A stretch of 62,930 bases of DNA, counting the filler, from Rozella allomycis CSF55 (taxonomy: Eukaryota), in the NCBI GenBank assembly GCA_000442015.1. It is 18 parts of 18 records of this genome, joined end to end, with 100 filler letters (N's around TTAATTAATTAA, not from the genome) between each part and the next. Parts side by side here need not be neighbours in the genome. Positions count along the whole stretch, not along the records: positions 13,392 to 14,571 come from KE560635.1; positions 14,672 to 16,048 come from KE560638.1; positions 16,149 to 17,824 come from KE560639.1; positions 17,925 to 19,553 come from KE560642.1; positions 19,654 to 21,948 come from KE560643.1; positions 22,049 to 26,500 come from KE560645.1; positions 26,601 to 28,100 come from KE560650.1; 11 more parts are not named here. One strand, written 5' to 3'. How positions within the stretch are numbered: the first letter of the stretch is position 1; each line of letters begins with the position of its first letter. A program made the position numbers and the translations under genes. Positions 13,392 through 26,960 of this stretch are shown piece by piece. The notes beneath the pieces are model-generated. The model did not search any database and was not told the origin of the DNA. It saw only the letters and a program-made list of their open reading frames with translations.

Positions 13392-13906
13392 AACTGGGAT
13401 TCGTTTTGCTAAAAATAGCACTCTTTCGGATTCCGATGACCACCCATTATCACATTTCTTCGGTAGCTCAACCTCCTTCGCTTCAGCCATTTGAAAACCT
13501 GGTTTTTGAGGCAATCAACTTTCCTTTGTCGCCTAAATTTGTCCAACCAATTAGAAACAAAGGCGCCGTTACTCAAGATCTACATAATACTATATTCTTC
13601 AAGAGAGAAAAGTCGGAACTTTTAAAAAGACGAAATTACGATGGATTTCTCAATTTGGATTCAAATATACCTTCTCAAGCGTTGGATGTATTTGATCCTA
13701 TCCAACAAGCGATGGATAGAAATGATGATGATGATCCTAAAGACGAAAACGCGGATAATGTTGAAACCTATGAAAACTTTAATCATAATAATGTGACGCA
13801 AAGCTTGGATACTCTGCAAACAAGTAACGTCGGAGAGTTTGATGAAGAATTCTATCTTTATGAAAAATATTATATCCAGCCTCAAACAGGTGTGTTTATT
13901 GTATAA
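13392..13906 (+). CDS. Hypothetical protein, acidic C-terminal fragment
   Basis: Open frame from the contig edge; no recognisable motif. Confidence 0.35.
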
Positions 13907-14041
13907 ATAAAGCTTTTTNAAACAGGTGTGTTTATTGTATAAATAAAGCTTTTTGTATTTCATCACTTTAATAGATTTAGTGGTTTTTATTGGATAATGT
14001 TTTGCAGACTGCAGTAGTCAAATGTGTTATTTGAAATGTTA

Positions 14042-14571
14042 TCAAGTTTTTTTCTTTCTGGTTGGAAAAACGTTATCGGCTAACCATTTCAGTCCTTCAA
14101 CTAAGCCCTCTCCAGTAGTTGCTGTGCAAGGTTGGACAAACCACTTCCTGTCACCGACAAATTTATGTAATTGAAGCTGTTCTGATAACTCAGTTGGCCC
14201 CATTGATCTTTCTAAGTCTTGTTTATTTGCAAAAATTAGAATAACACAATTCTTCATTTCACGATCGCTAACTATTTTCACAAGTTCTTGTCGAGATTCT
14301 TCAATACGCTCTTTGTCTTGACTATCGATTACGAATATTAATCCTAGAGTCCCTGTAAAATAATGCCTCCAAAGGGGTCTGATTTTTGCTTGTCCTCCGA
14401 CATCCTATATTTTGAATGGCTCAAACGGATACCCAAACATTAAACTTAATATTTTCAAAATCCAGGCTTTCTACATTAAATCCAACCTTACATTTAACAC
14501 TATGTTGATGCTTACAGTAGGAATAGTGGGTATATTTTGCTTTAGCTTTATTTGATACAAAATCGCTGCTC
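14042..14571 (-). CDS. ARF6-like small GTPase (5' end missing)
   Basis: [63 protein letters not shown]. Confidence 0.9.
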
Positions 14572-14782
14572 NNNNNNNNNNNNNNNNNNNNNNNNNNNNN
14601 NNNNNNNNNNNNNNNTTAATTAATTAANNNNNNNNNNNNNNNNNNNNNNNNNNNNNNNNNNNNNNNNNNNNAGCCCGGTAATTTTAAAATTAGCAAGAGT
14701 AAGAACAAAAGCATGTGTTGGGACCAATAAAATAATTACCGATGCATCATAAAAGTCGCCGACAAAATATCGGAATATTGTC

Positions 14783-15731
14783 ATGTCAAACTCCAAAAGA
14801 CCTTTGGTGAAACCGTCGGCGATTGAACTCTTTCAATTAAAAAAGTTACGGGCGGACATAACGTCGCAGGGAAGTCTCACAACATGCTTAAAAAGTGCGA
14901 TGGATATACTGGATGACGCTTTGATAGTCGGGAGGGAGGTGAATTCGTCTGGGGCTCGAAAATTTGGTGCGACAAATTTAAACACGTTTTACAATTATTA
15001 TGCATCCTTGAGCGCAGAGAACAAGACTTGCTATGAAATTATTCGCAAAGGATGTCCTGTAAAGTTCTATCTCTGGATATTGACTGTGTATACGATTCTG
15101 TTAATGATGCATTCAACGACTTAGTAACGCCAGATAAGGTGGTGAGTAGCCTCAATTGGTACCTAACGGAAATATTGAAGTCCATGGGAATAATAAGTGC
15201 AGAACGTATTGCTGAGAATGTAATTGTACTAGATGCATGTAGCCCGGAAAAGTTTAGTTTGCATTTGATCTATCCAGACATTGTGTTCCCTTCGATTGAA
15301 CATTGTATGGCACTGGTGCGTTGGTTGATAAATTTACTATATGAGGTTGAATTACGATGGGTTGACGGGTCAAGGACTTCATAATATTCTTTCGAAAACT
15401 GGCCGCATGCCTCTACTAATTTCTTACCGNTGATATTGACTGTGTATACGATTCTGTTAATGATACTTTTAAAGAATTAGTAACGCCAGATAAGGTGGTT
15501 AGTAGCCTCAATTGGTACCTTACGGAAATATTGAAGTCCATGGGAATAATAACTGCAGAACGTATTGTTGACAATGTTATTGTTCTAGATGCATGCAGCC
15601 CAGAAAAATTTAGTTTGCATTTGATCTATCCAGACATTGTGTTCCCTTCCATTGAACANCAGTGTATAACGCGAATCAAAACTTCATACTTTGGAAATCT
15701 AAAAAGTTTGGTTTCGGCAAACAAAGTGTAG
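14783..15731 (+). pseudogene. PrimPol-like archaeo-eukaryotic primase-polymerase, frameshifted, two divergent overlapping copies
   Basis: GARKF, CYEII..GCPVKFYL(fs)DID (motif I), DACSPEKFSLHLI (SxH motif II), VYNANQNFILWKSKK (post-motif III). A 2-nt frameshift lies at about 15071. Confidence 0.75.
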
Positions 15732-16221
15732 AATCGACTATGTCATATAATTTAGTGAATTTTCGAAGGACTCTTATAACTTTCCCAGAGTCCAGCAACA
15801 TAATACATGCATGAGAGATTGACGGACATGTTCCAATTCACTGTGCTTCCTTATCATGCAATCCAAAGAAGGAACTAAAACAAATAAGTTGCAAGTTGAA
15901 TTTGGAAAACGATAATAACATTATTGATGCATTATTGGCTCATTTTAGAAACAAAATTAATGACAATGTGTTTGGCATATGGTACGATGAAAGCCCTCAT
16001 GACAATGACATTGGTGTTAATGTGAGCAACGGTGATTTGTACATAATCNNNNNNNNNNNNNNNNNNNNNNNNNNNNNNNNNNNNNNNNNNNNTTAATTAA
16101 TTAANNNNNNNNNNNNNNNNNNNNNNNNNNNNNNNNNNNNNNNNNNNNATTAACACTATCCAACAAAAATAACTTCGTCAATTAATCAATTAAAACAACT
16201 CAAACTCGAATAATTACTTAC

Positions 16222-16330
16222 CACGTGATGAAGAGACAATAAAATCCTTGGAATCAGCTGGTGTAGCAATAGCAGTAACCCACCCATCGTGACCTTCAAG
16301 AGTTCCGCGTAAAACCAAAGTATCAGTCAT
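16222..16330 (-). CDS. RACK1: RACK1 (ASC1/cpc2) first exon
   Basis: [36 protein letters not shown] followed by a GTAAGT donor. Not in the ORF track. Confidence 0.9.
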
Positions 16331-16437
16331 TATGTTTTTTCTTTCGACAAGGGTCGTCGTTTTGTGAAAAAGGGGATTTCAAGCTAAGCCACGTCTCTAT
16401 AAACACAAAAAGATTAAAGTTGGGAGCTTTATTGACT

Positions 16438-16780
16438 TTAATGTGACTCTTTCTTCTTTTCACTGGTATCCAATTTAGAAATTTCATCCAACTTTGCTAT
16501 TTCTTTAGTCAGATTAAATTTAACCACCTACTTGCTTCACCCTGCTTTCCATCAGTCCATTTGAGGTATTTTAGCACGGATGGTTTACGCTTTACATATT
16601 GGGTTTGCAAAACATCTTGTTTTAAGCATTGTAAAGTGCTTCGTGCACAGACATCTAGATACTCCAAATATCTAATAAATTAGCGCTGTTCATGAAGAAA
16701 TGATAAATTATAAAATTTAATTAATTAGAAAAGAATGATATGAAGGTTACTTACGTCATTCTTGTTCTCCAAGTACTCAT
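16438..16780 (-). CDS. ATP15: Mitochondrial F1 ATP synthase epsilon subunit, 3 exons
   Basis: Spliced MSTWRTRMTYLEYLDVCARSTLQCLKQDVLQTQYVKRKPSVLKYLKWTDGKQGEA fits the epsilon pattern (WR...Y..Y....A......LK...W.DG). Introns are 16672-16754 (83 nt) and about 29 nt. Confidence 0.8.
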
Positions 16781-17078
16781 ATTGGAAATTTAAGCAAGGG
16801 TAATTGTTGGTAGCTTTACTGGCTTAAATGCTAGAAGTCAAAATTCTATAATTTGAAAGATATCGTCTTATCATAATATCTTTATCGTATTAATGTATCG
16901 TAGAGAAATCGAAATGCTAGCGGAAAAAATTCATTAAAGTCCGCATTCAATCTTTTAAAATACTAAAGATCATTCCTAAATGATTCTAAATTATGAATGA
17001 GTGTGTGTATTTTAAGTTGATTAACATATTCGGGTACGTCTTTTGAATTCAAAACGACCATAGTGGCTAAGTTTTCAA

Positions 17079-17824
17079 ATGCTCTCAAAGTATTTCCTAG
17101 AGCCTTGCTTGGAGTTTCTAAAGACTCATAAATTCCGCACAGTAATTTGTTTTTGCCTCTATTACAGATTGCACTTCAATTTCCAGACGATAAGCTAGAA
17201 GATGCATCAGAAATATCAGAAACAATAGAAAATATATCTAAAGCTCAAGTTTATGTTCTAGCTGATACATCTTATGGAAAGTAATCTTTATATAATGGTG
17301 TAATTTTTAGCTGCTGTGTAGACGAAGTTGCCGCTAGTCATGTGGATGCAGATTTGATTATACATTTCGGCTATTCTTGTTTATCAAAGTAATTTGTGAC
17401 TATTAATGCCAAAGGCCTGCAAAATCAAAAGTATTTAATGTTTTTGAAAAGAAAGATCTCGACTGTGGCAATTTGAAAGAGTGTGTTTCCGCATTGGGAG
17501 GTGACAAGAATTACTTGATCATATTCGATCCATGCTTTGCGTATGTTCAAGATTCTATTATGGAAACGTTTCAAGATAAGTCAAACATAAGAGTCTCCAG
17601 AATACCATTCTATTTGGACCCAGAAATAACTGTCAATCCTGACGGCAGAGTTTACAAACCAATAGAGAACGATTATTCCATTTTATATGTGGGATCTAAG
17701 GATTTGCATCAATTGAGTATAATGTCTATTCACTGCCACTCTCAGTTTTACATTCTGGAAGGAAAACAATTTGTTGAACAATCAATTTATAATAATTCCA
17801 TGCTAAGGAAAAGATTCCATTTGA
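17079..17824 (+). CDS. DPH2: Diphthamide biosynthesis protein 2 (3' end missing)
   Basis: [42 protein letters not shown] after removal of short introns. Confidence 0.9.
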
Positions 17825-17924
17825 NNNNNNNNNNNNNNNNNNNNNNNNNNNNNNNNNNNNNNNNNNNNTTAATTAATTAANNNNNNNNNNNNNNNNNNNN
17901 NNNNNNNNNNNNNNNNNNNNNNNN

Positions 17925-19553
17925 ATAATGTTTAGCGTTCGCTTAAGTGCACTCAAAGCATGTTCAAAAGTTTGACAATGGGAAGAATCCAAGCTCAATT
18001 GGCAACCAAGTACTTTACGTAAAGTTGTTTTTATCAAATGCCATAATGGTAGATGTTCTACACGGAAATTTCATACAATGCGTAAATCTGGTGTCACATT
18101 TCAGCAGATTGGTAGCTATGTTCGTTTTGAGGACGCAGATAGCCTGGTCGTGTATTACTACAAGGAAAGTATAGGTTATGTTTGCGGCAGTTTGCAGCGC
18201 CTCTGAGGTCCATGTGACGGAGTGAATATCATCAGCATAACCGATTGNNNNNNNNNNNNNNNNNNNNNNNNNNNNNNNNNNNNNNNNNNNNNNNNNNNNN
18301 NNNNNNNNNNNNNNNNNNNNNNNNNNNNNNNNNNNNNNNNNNNNNNNNNNNNNNNNNNNNNNNNNNNNNNNNNNNNNNNNNNNNNNNNNNNNNNNNNNNN
18401 NNNNNNNNNNNNNNNNNNNATTTTAATGTCGCGGGACATTTCGAGGCTAATAATACTATTAATAAGTGTTGGGGGAATGCCAAGTCGGTGTAAAGCCAAG
18501 TACATGGACGATGGCTTAACCGTGTCATATGCCTTTTGAATATCTATTGTAAATATATATAGTGGTTTTTGGTTTGCGTTGGCATGGTCAATAGTAGTGC
18601 GCAGGGACATTAACAGTACAATTATGCCCTGGTGTAAAGCTTGCGTTCGCACCACTCAGGAGGTTATTTTCAAAGATATATTTGTTAAATCGATTGGTAA
18701 TTACGGATGACAAAAGTTTCTTAATACACTCTAGTAAGGAAATCGGGCGTGTGCGGGTAATGTCACCTTTCCATGTTTTATCTTTTGGGAGAATGATTAG
18801 GTTCATTTCTTGAAGACTCGTTGGTATTGTGCCAAATTTAATGATGTTATTAAAACATTGCGTGATAATTGTCAAAATGGGTAGTGGTAAAAGTCTAAGC
18901 AATTCAAAGGTTATGCCCGATGGTCCAGGGGCTTTATTTGTTGGTGCGTTTGATAGAGCATTTAGAAGTTCTTCAGTTGTTATACATTGCATAAGCTTTT
19001 GTATTGAGCCCTGTGGAATTGGCGGCGTGGTATGAATATCTTGCCATTCTTGGGGCAAGCGCTGTAAGTTTGGTAGGTGGTTATTTTGTGCAGCGTAGAT
19101 GTTGTTTTTGTAGTATGATAAAATTTTACTTTTAACTTGCATTGGTTCAAAAAATATTGAATCATGATCCATTAAGTAGTTTGATACAGGGATTTCATCG
19201 CCATCAAAGATGACTTTAAGTGTTCGTTTGATGCGTTCCATGAAATGTTTTTCACGGGCCTTGCACTTTTGCCTAATTGTTGTAATTAAAATTTTCTTTC
19301 GTAATTTATTAACGTATTTTAGTAATGAATCTATACATTCTTTGGTGGGCATATTCTCATTAATTTCGTAGTCATGGCGGGTGGCGATCGCAGTCAGGAG
19401 GCTATTACATATTTGGTAGTCCTGCTGCTTGGNAAAATATTGAATCATGATCCATTAAGTAGTTTGATACAGGGATTTCATCGCCATCAAAGATGACTTT
19501 AAGTGTTCGTTTGATGCGTTCCATGAAATGTTTTTCACGGGCCTTGCACTTTT
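17925..19553 (-). mobile_element. Non-LTR retrotransposon RT fragment, degenerate; same family as 22049-26500
   Basis: KAPGPSGITFELL, RTRPISLLECIKKL, TIDIQKAYDTV, IGYADD; frameshifts present. Confidence 0.92.
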
Positions 19554-20205
19554 NNNNNNNNNNNNNNNNNNNNNNNNNNNNNNNNNNNNNNNNNNNNTTA
19601 ATTAATTAANNNNNNNNNNNNNNNNNNNNNNNNNNNNNNNNNNNNNNNNNNNNTCGCTTTGTTAAAATTGGTTGTTTTTGGTGTATTAAGACAAGGATCA
19701 TCTGCACTGATGATGGGAGTTAGGCAGAATAATTATGGTGTTAACTTTGATTAGGATCTACGTGCCAATGTATTTTGCTGTGGATTCTGTAATCATTGAG
19801 CAAGCGTAGGAGGCCAATGACCAATTGTTTTTTGTTTAAAGTTCCACCTTGAAACTCGTTCATGCCTTTTATCGATCGACGATCAATTTCGGAACTTTGG
19901 AATAATGCTGTCGTTCAATATTCTCTCATTTTAAGTGTCTGTACCCCTGGTCATGACACTTGAAAAATCCAAAGTTGAAAAACACTTAGAAAGCATACTN
20001 ATGCTGTGGATTCTGTAATCATTGAGCAAGCGTACCCAGGAGGGCACAGCCAAATGTCATGACCAATTGTTTTTTGTTTAAGGTTCCATCTTGAAACTCG
20101 TTCATGCCTTTTATCGATCAATTCCGGTATTCAGGAACTGTGGTATGATGTTGAGTTCAATATTTGTTCATTTGTAGTTTCTCTGCTCTGGAGCGAACCC
20201 TTGTC

Positions 20206-21948
20206 ATGACACTTGAAAAATCCAAAGTTGAAAAACACTTAGAAAGCATACTTTTCGACAAGGAAAACGAAGATTTCGATGAATTTTTAAATGAAAATAA
20301 AGATTTGGATCAATTTCAAGACGCTGAAGACGAACTTTCACCTCAGCAGGTAAATCATAAAAATATGAAATAATCAAGTTTTTTATTATTGATAGCTTTG
20401 GTGAAAATAATGCAGATAAGAGTCAAGCAAGAGATGCTGAAGAAATACAGGATGAAGATGTGGAAATGAAAACTGGAGATGAAGTGGAGTGTGTTTGGTA
20501 TGACGAAGATGATGAAAATGTTATGATTGATTTGAAGAAGGAGACTAGATTTAAAAAACTTCGAGTTGATTATGAAGAAGAAATTATTACAGGCGTTGAG
20601 TATCAAAAGAGAGTTGCTAAATTACTCTTCAAGCAGCCTGAATGGGCCAAAAGAGTGTATGCGGGTGTTGAAGATAAATTGAATGCGTTGTTGAATACTT
20701 CAACGCCAAAAATTAAGCAGGGTACATTGATACCTGATGTGATTGACATTCGTCGAGTTAAAGATGCCAATTGTTCTGAAACTTCATCTGTAATTAAATA
20801 GCTTTTATTGTAACGCAGTGTGTTATTCAATCACTACAATTTCATAAGAATGGTCAAGTAATGTTGACTGCTGGGATGGATAAAACGTTGCGTTTATTCC
20901 AAATTGATGGATTAACAAACTCAAAAATTCAAAGTGTTCATATTGATGATCTTCCAATCTCGTGTGCTCAATTCACTGCTGACGGGAAAGAAATCGTACT
21001 CTCAGGGCTTAGGCGCCACTTTTATTTTTACAACATTGAAGGCGGCAGTGTAGAAAAAGTTCCTTTTATTAATGGTAAATCATAATTGTAAATTTTAAAA
21101 GGTCGTGACGATAAAGCTTTAAACACTTTCGCTGTTTCGCCTTGCAATCGTTTTCTTGCATTCCCTGGCAAGGCTGGCCANCGGTAAATCATAATTGTAA
21201 ATTTTAAAAGGTCGTGATGATAAGGCTTTAAACACTTTTGCTGTTTCGCCTTGCAATCGTTTTCTTGCATTCCCTGGCAAGGCTGGCCATATTCTGTTTT
21301 TAAGTCGCTCTACAAAACAATTAATATTTGACTTGAAAATGAACGGACATGTGAAAAGCTTGTGTTTCTCTCACGATGGCTCTTTTCTCTACAGTTTCGG
21401 TGGTGATGGATTTGTGTATCAATGGGATACCACAGCTGGAGCATGTGTTCACGTATTTAAAGATGAAGGTACTCTTAAAGGTTCCTGCGTGTCCTTATCT
21501 TCATGTGGAAAGTACATCGCTTGTGGTTCCGATTCTGGTTGCGTGAATCTCTACGAATTGGAAGAAGCGCTCTCTAAAAAGAATCCAAAACCTTTAAAAA
21601 CTTTTATGAATTTAACCACGTATATTGATGGTATAGAATTCCATCCTTCGTCTCAGTTAATGCTCATTTTCAGCCGCTCGAAACAAAATTGTCTTAGNTA
21701 CATACATTGACGGTATAGAATTCCATCCGTCGTCTCAGTTAATGCTCATTTTCAGCCGCTCGAAACAAAATTGTCTTAGACTCATTCATGTTCCCTCATT
21801 AAGAGTTTATTCAAATTGGCCAACTTTAACCACGCCTTTGCGTTATGTTCAAACAGCTGCTTTTAGTCCTTCTGGTGAATTTATCGCGATTGGAAACGAC
21901 AAGGGTGAAGCGCTCTTGTACATGCTTGGTGCTTTTATGAATTCTAAT
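20206..21948 (+). CDS. UTP18: U3 snoRNP WD40 protein UTP18
   Basis: WYDEDDE..MIDL..ETRFKKLR, PEWA, LTAGMDKTLRLFQIDGLTN, VYSNWPTLTTPL, FSPSGEFIAIGNDKG. Local duplications at single Ns. Confidence 0.9.
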
Positions 21949-22048
21949 NNNNNNNNNNNNNNNNNNNNNNNNNNNNNNNNNNNNNNNNNNNNTTAATTAA
22001 TTAANNNNNNNNNNNNNNNNNNNNNNNNNNNNNNNNNNNNNNNNNNNN

Positions 22049-25000
22049 CAAAGACATCTGGAAAAGGGACACCATGTAATACCATCCACAGGTTCAAGAT
22101 TCAAATATTGATCCTCGGGCTAAAAACAAACTATAAGGATAGGCTCAACCCAAACCACCATCAAAACACAGGTCGAAAAAAAATCTTAAACCACTTAATA
22201 AATAATACCTTTATATATAATTCAAACATTCAAACTGCTTTTACCCCCAAAATTCGGAACGAAATTGACTCATGGCCTCTAAACCGCCAAATACGAACCG
22301 ACCCCAATCCGCCCCACCGAAACCCAAAAATTCGGAAAAAGAAAAGACAAACCCTTGCAATGACTACTGGAAAGTGCTTACGTATCCTTATGGAAGACCC
22401 AACCAAGAAACGCGACCTTATGAGAGCTGTAGGGTCGGTGATAAATTTCGCATCATGCTACGCCTACCGTGACGAATATGCAAGACAATATCTTGTCTTT
22501 GAAGAACCCCAAACCGAACTCGGGGAACTCCAGGCAAAAAAGATCCAGAATAGTCTAAGCTTCAATGACAGCGTCACAAGTTCCATTATGAAGTCTGTTG
22601 AATACACCGTACAAAATCCACTCTATGTGGATTGTTCAAATGCTTCGATCAGGTCTGAGCAGGATTTATCTATGGTCCTCAGAAGGGAATTAGAGATCAG
22701 CTTGAAGGAGAATTTCAAAAAATCAGCAATGGCAATCAAGAAATTGAAAATTAAAAATCAAAAACAAATATATAAAATATATTTATTCAACAGCGAACAA
22801 GTTATTTCTATTTTGAAACTTCCAATTGGCCAAAGAATCTTGGATAACTCAGGAAACAGCATTAATTTTGCAGAATCATTTGAGAACATTATTAAAAGTG
22901 CGAATAATTTTATTATCTTTAAAAAAATCTCCAAGAGCAAACCAAACTTTAGAGACCGTGAAACTAAAGAGGTGTTGTCTACAATTGCTGCAAAGACTAC
23001 TTTCAAAAATCCAAACCTTCTCTTTATAGAAACTATGAGCTACGCAAAGTCAATGGAATTAATTAATTATTTAAACAACAATGGAAAATTGTTTGGATGT
23101 GACTGGTACCAATCAAATGGGAGATCCTCCAAAGAAGAACACCATCTCCAACATTCAATTAGAAACTTACAGAATGACAAATCACAGGCGAACTATAAAA
23201 GACCAAACTTTGAACTACCAGTACCGATAACACCAGTAATGGAGAACAAAGGCAGCGTAAGACTTTCTGAAGAACAACTTGACTCTGAAATGGACGAAAC
23301 TTTTGCTGGACCCATTGACGATCCGGACAATTCTTTTAATACTGCTATCAAGGAATCATCGATTGGAAAAGCTTATGGTAATCAACATTCCAAAAAATTG
23401 AAAATAAATAACGTTAACCAATATTTTATTTATATTAAAGGTTTTTTACGTCTTCGAAAACGCAGAACATCGTTCTGTATATCACACACGGCGCATCCTA
23501 ACAGTAGACCAATGACTACTAAACGACGCCCCGCCAAGAAGGGGAAAAAGAAGTACTGTACATTGTGTTGCTTTCAAGGCAATATTGAATCAAACGATAA
23601 AATAATATCGATAATGCATCAAAATGTACGCGGGCTAGGTAATAATATATTCAATTACAAAACGGACCAATTGAAACACTATATCCTCACACATAAACCC
23701 ACGGTGTTCACCCTGTCCGACACAGGCACGCCACATAACATACTCCAAAAATGGTTTAAGTATAGCGAACTAAAAACCCAATACACACTCATCCACGACA
23801 ATAACAAAGAACAACATAAAGGGACTGCCATTATTATTGAAAAACAGTTGACAAAGTATATCCAATACATACATGTTGCTGAAGGTAGAGCAATTGCAAT
23901 CAGGCTCACCCATAAGCAACTGGACTTACTTATTATAACAATATACTACCCACCCACCCGGACATCGACCGAATGTCCCACAGTTAACACATTTATCAAA
24001 ACGGAATTACAAAAATCCAATAGCAACACACAAATTGTTCTTTGTGGCGATTGGAATGCCACAATAAACCCCGTCTTAGATCGTAGCCCCAATCTGGACC
24101 GAAGCAATACCCCAGAAAATGCTATACTAAAGTTTCTAAAAAGCCGCGGATACACTGATCCCTACAGGGACCTCCACCCCACTGAAATGACCTACACGTA
24201 CAATAACGTATCCCGAATAGATTTCTTTTTAACAAACAGACAACCACATACTATACTAACAAACTGCTCAATTACGGCAACCAACATTGATACAGACCAT
24301 CTAGCTATACGTTTAACAATACAACTACCAATCAAAATTGCCGTCCACAATAAATTCACCTACAACAGGTGGTTCATTAACAAAGAGAAACTTACAAATG
24401 ATGCAATCCTGTCTTTTCAAAACTCCCTTCAACAAAACCGATTCATAGAACACCTTTCACACAAAATACAGAGCCAACCGACGCGGAACTACGCCAATTA
24501 CCTTAACCAACTCCAATACTTAATCCGCAAAACTGCCAAAGCACATCTACCTTTACGCAATGTGAAATCTACCAAAACAAAAAAATACACTCCAACTTCA
24601 ATTTTAAAAGATATAAATACACTCGTCAGAGCCAAACACCAAGACAGCCCTATAAACCGCGATATGCTTGACAAAATCGCAAACCGGCACGGGGTCGACA
24701 TATCTGTACTACTTCACCCAATTGAAACCGTCCGGCACCTCATCAAATCACTGAACAAAATACGTCGCAAAACTATTTCCGACAACATAAAGGAAAAATG
24801 TAGGCTAAGGGAGGAACACTTCTTGGAAAAAATTAAACGTACATTATCAAGCATTTTTGATGATGACCAACAAATGAACCATATTGACTATATAGTTGAA
24901 AATAACATCGTAACTGATGAACCAACCCAGGTTAAAACAAAAATCTTGACGTACTACAAAGACATTATTTACAAAGCAAAACGTCGTTACCACCCAACAC

Positions 25001-26500
25001 TACAAATGCTTCCTCAAGACTGGCGTGAACTATATACGCCCCCGCAGATATCATACCCATCACTGCGTGCATTGATGGCACCCATTACCATTACCGAAAT
25101 ACAAATGGCAATTAAAAATTCTCCTAACAACAAAGCACCTGGTCCTTCAGGGATAACTTTTGAATTGTTGAGACTACTACCACTAGCTGTGATTAACATT
25201 ATGTGTGCTGCATTCAACAGCATCATGACTTTCGGTACAATCCCTAAATGCCTTCTAGAAATGCACCTAATCATTCTCGCCAAAGACAAAAAATGGACAG
25301 GCGATATCTCCAGAACAAGACCAATTGCTCTTTTGGAATGCATCAAAAAGCTTATCTCCCTCATTATAACGCAAAGACTAAATTCATACATAAGTGCAAA
25401 CAATTTATTACAAGGTGCGAATGCCGGCTTTACTCCAGGACACAGCTGCACCGACATCCTCATACCACTGCAAACAGTAATGGATCACGCTAATGAACAT
25501 AAAAACCCACTTTACATTCTCACCATCGATATCAAAAAGGCATACGACACGGTCAAACCATCATCCATGACCCTTGCACTTAAACGCCTCGGTATCCCGG
25601 ACGGGTTCACAAATGCAATTATAAGACTGGAAATGACACGCGATATAGTTATTAAAACACATTATGGACCCACTGAATCTTTTCAGCCAGAACAATCGAT
25701 TGCACAGGGGTCCCCAGCCTCATGCATCCTCTTCAAAGCACATTGTGATCCACTATATATAATGACCAAAAGACTTAACCTTGGATACAAACTAGGTCGC
25801 TCGACTGTGTCCACCATTGGTTTTTTCTGATGATAAATACCAACTGACAAGCGACCTAGAGGAACTGCAAACCTTTGTTGTAACCGACTATATATTTTTT
25901 GATATCATTCATGGACAGGCAACTTGCCCTGTGAAAACAAAAATTCTGACCAACCTTACTGACACTGACGACAGATTCCCCACTAACATCTGTTTCCCCC
26001 TCCATACACAAGCCATCGAGGCTCTTGATAAAACCGTCCAAACACGAATTCTGGGATGCTTTTCCACCATGGATTCGTCCCATGTAAGCACATTTAATCA
26101 CGCACTAGCAAATCTTAAACGGACAATTAACATAATCCATCAAAGGCACACACCCAACCATATTGCACAGTACATTGTTCAGGCAATAATACACCAAACC
26201 ATCAACTACAGATTACAGACTGCACCACTTAATAAAACCCAATATCGTTTAATAGATACTACGATACGCAAAGCCGTTAAGCGCAAATACAACATACCAC
26301 GAAACACACCAACTTGGATTATAGAAAGTAAGTTTGGAATAAATTTACCATCATTCCAAGAGGTTCATACAAAAACTATGATCCACAACTTCTTTACTCT
26401 ATATAGATCCGAAAAATTTTCAGGAGAAATACTTCGCGAGGCTATCCTTGACTACCAACAAACCCATCACCTTAGTCACCATCCACTGGAATGCCCGAAC
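22049..26500 (+). mobile_element. LINE-like non-LTR retrotransposon: ORF1-like region, APE endonuclease and RT (3' end missing)
   Basis: APE: HQNVRGL, LSDT, CGDWNA, SRIDFF, TDHLAI. RT: KAPGPSG, RPIALL, DIKKAYD, QGSPASC, and GFSDD broken by one extra T at about 25821-25826. Confidence 0.95.
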
Positions 26501-26738
26501 NNNNNNNNNNNNNNNNNNNNNNNNNNNNNNNNNNNNNNNNNNNNTTAATTAATTAANNNNNNNNNNNNNNNNNNNNNNNNNNNNNNNNNNNNNNNNNNNN
26601 TCCACTTTGTAACAGACATTGTATCTTTAAACCAAGAAACTGTCCCCCAACAGTACTTAGTTGTTGATGTAAGAACTGATGTAGCCGTTTTTGACTTTGC
26701 AGACAAATGGTCATTTTGAATTGCTGTAATGAGGGCTN

Positions 26739-26960
26739 CTTCTTTCAGAAATTTTATTAAAGTTATATTATAGCTATTTGCTGATAGATGCATTGATATA
26801 TCTCTTAAAATATTTTGATAATGTTGTTTTTGTATTTTATATTTTCTCTTTAGATATGTAATAGTCATTATTTTGACTGCATTCTTAAATTCATCCCAAT
26901 CTTTTGTCCAATTTGTTGAATGCAATTTATAATTTCTTTTTTAAATATATCAACATTTTT
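26739..26960 (-). mobile_element. Possible L1/Tx1-like ORF2 linker relic
   Basis: WDEFKNAVKIMTITY resembles the WD.FK helix between APE and RT. Short and isolated. Confidence 0.3.
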
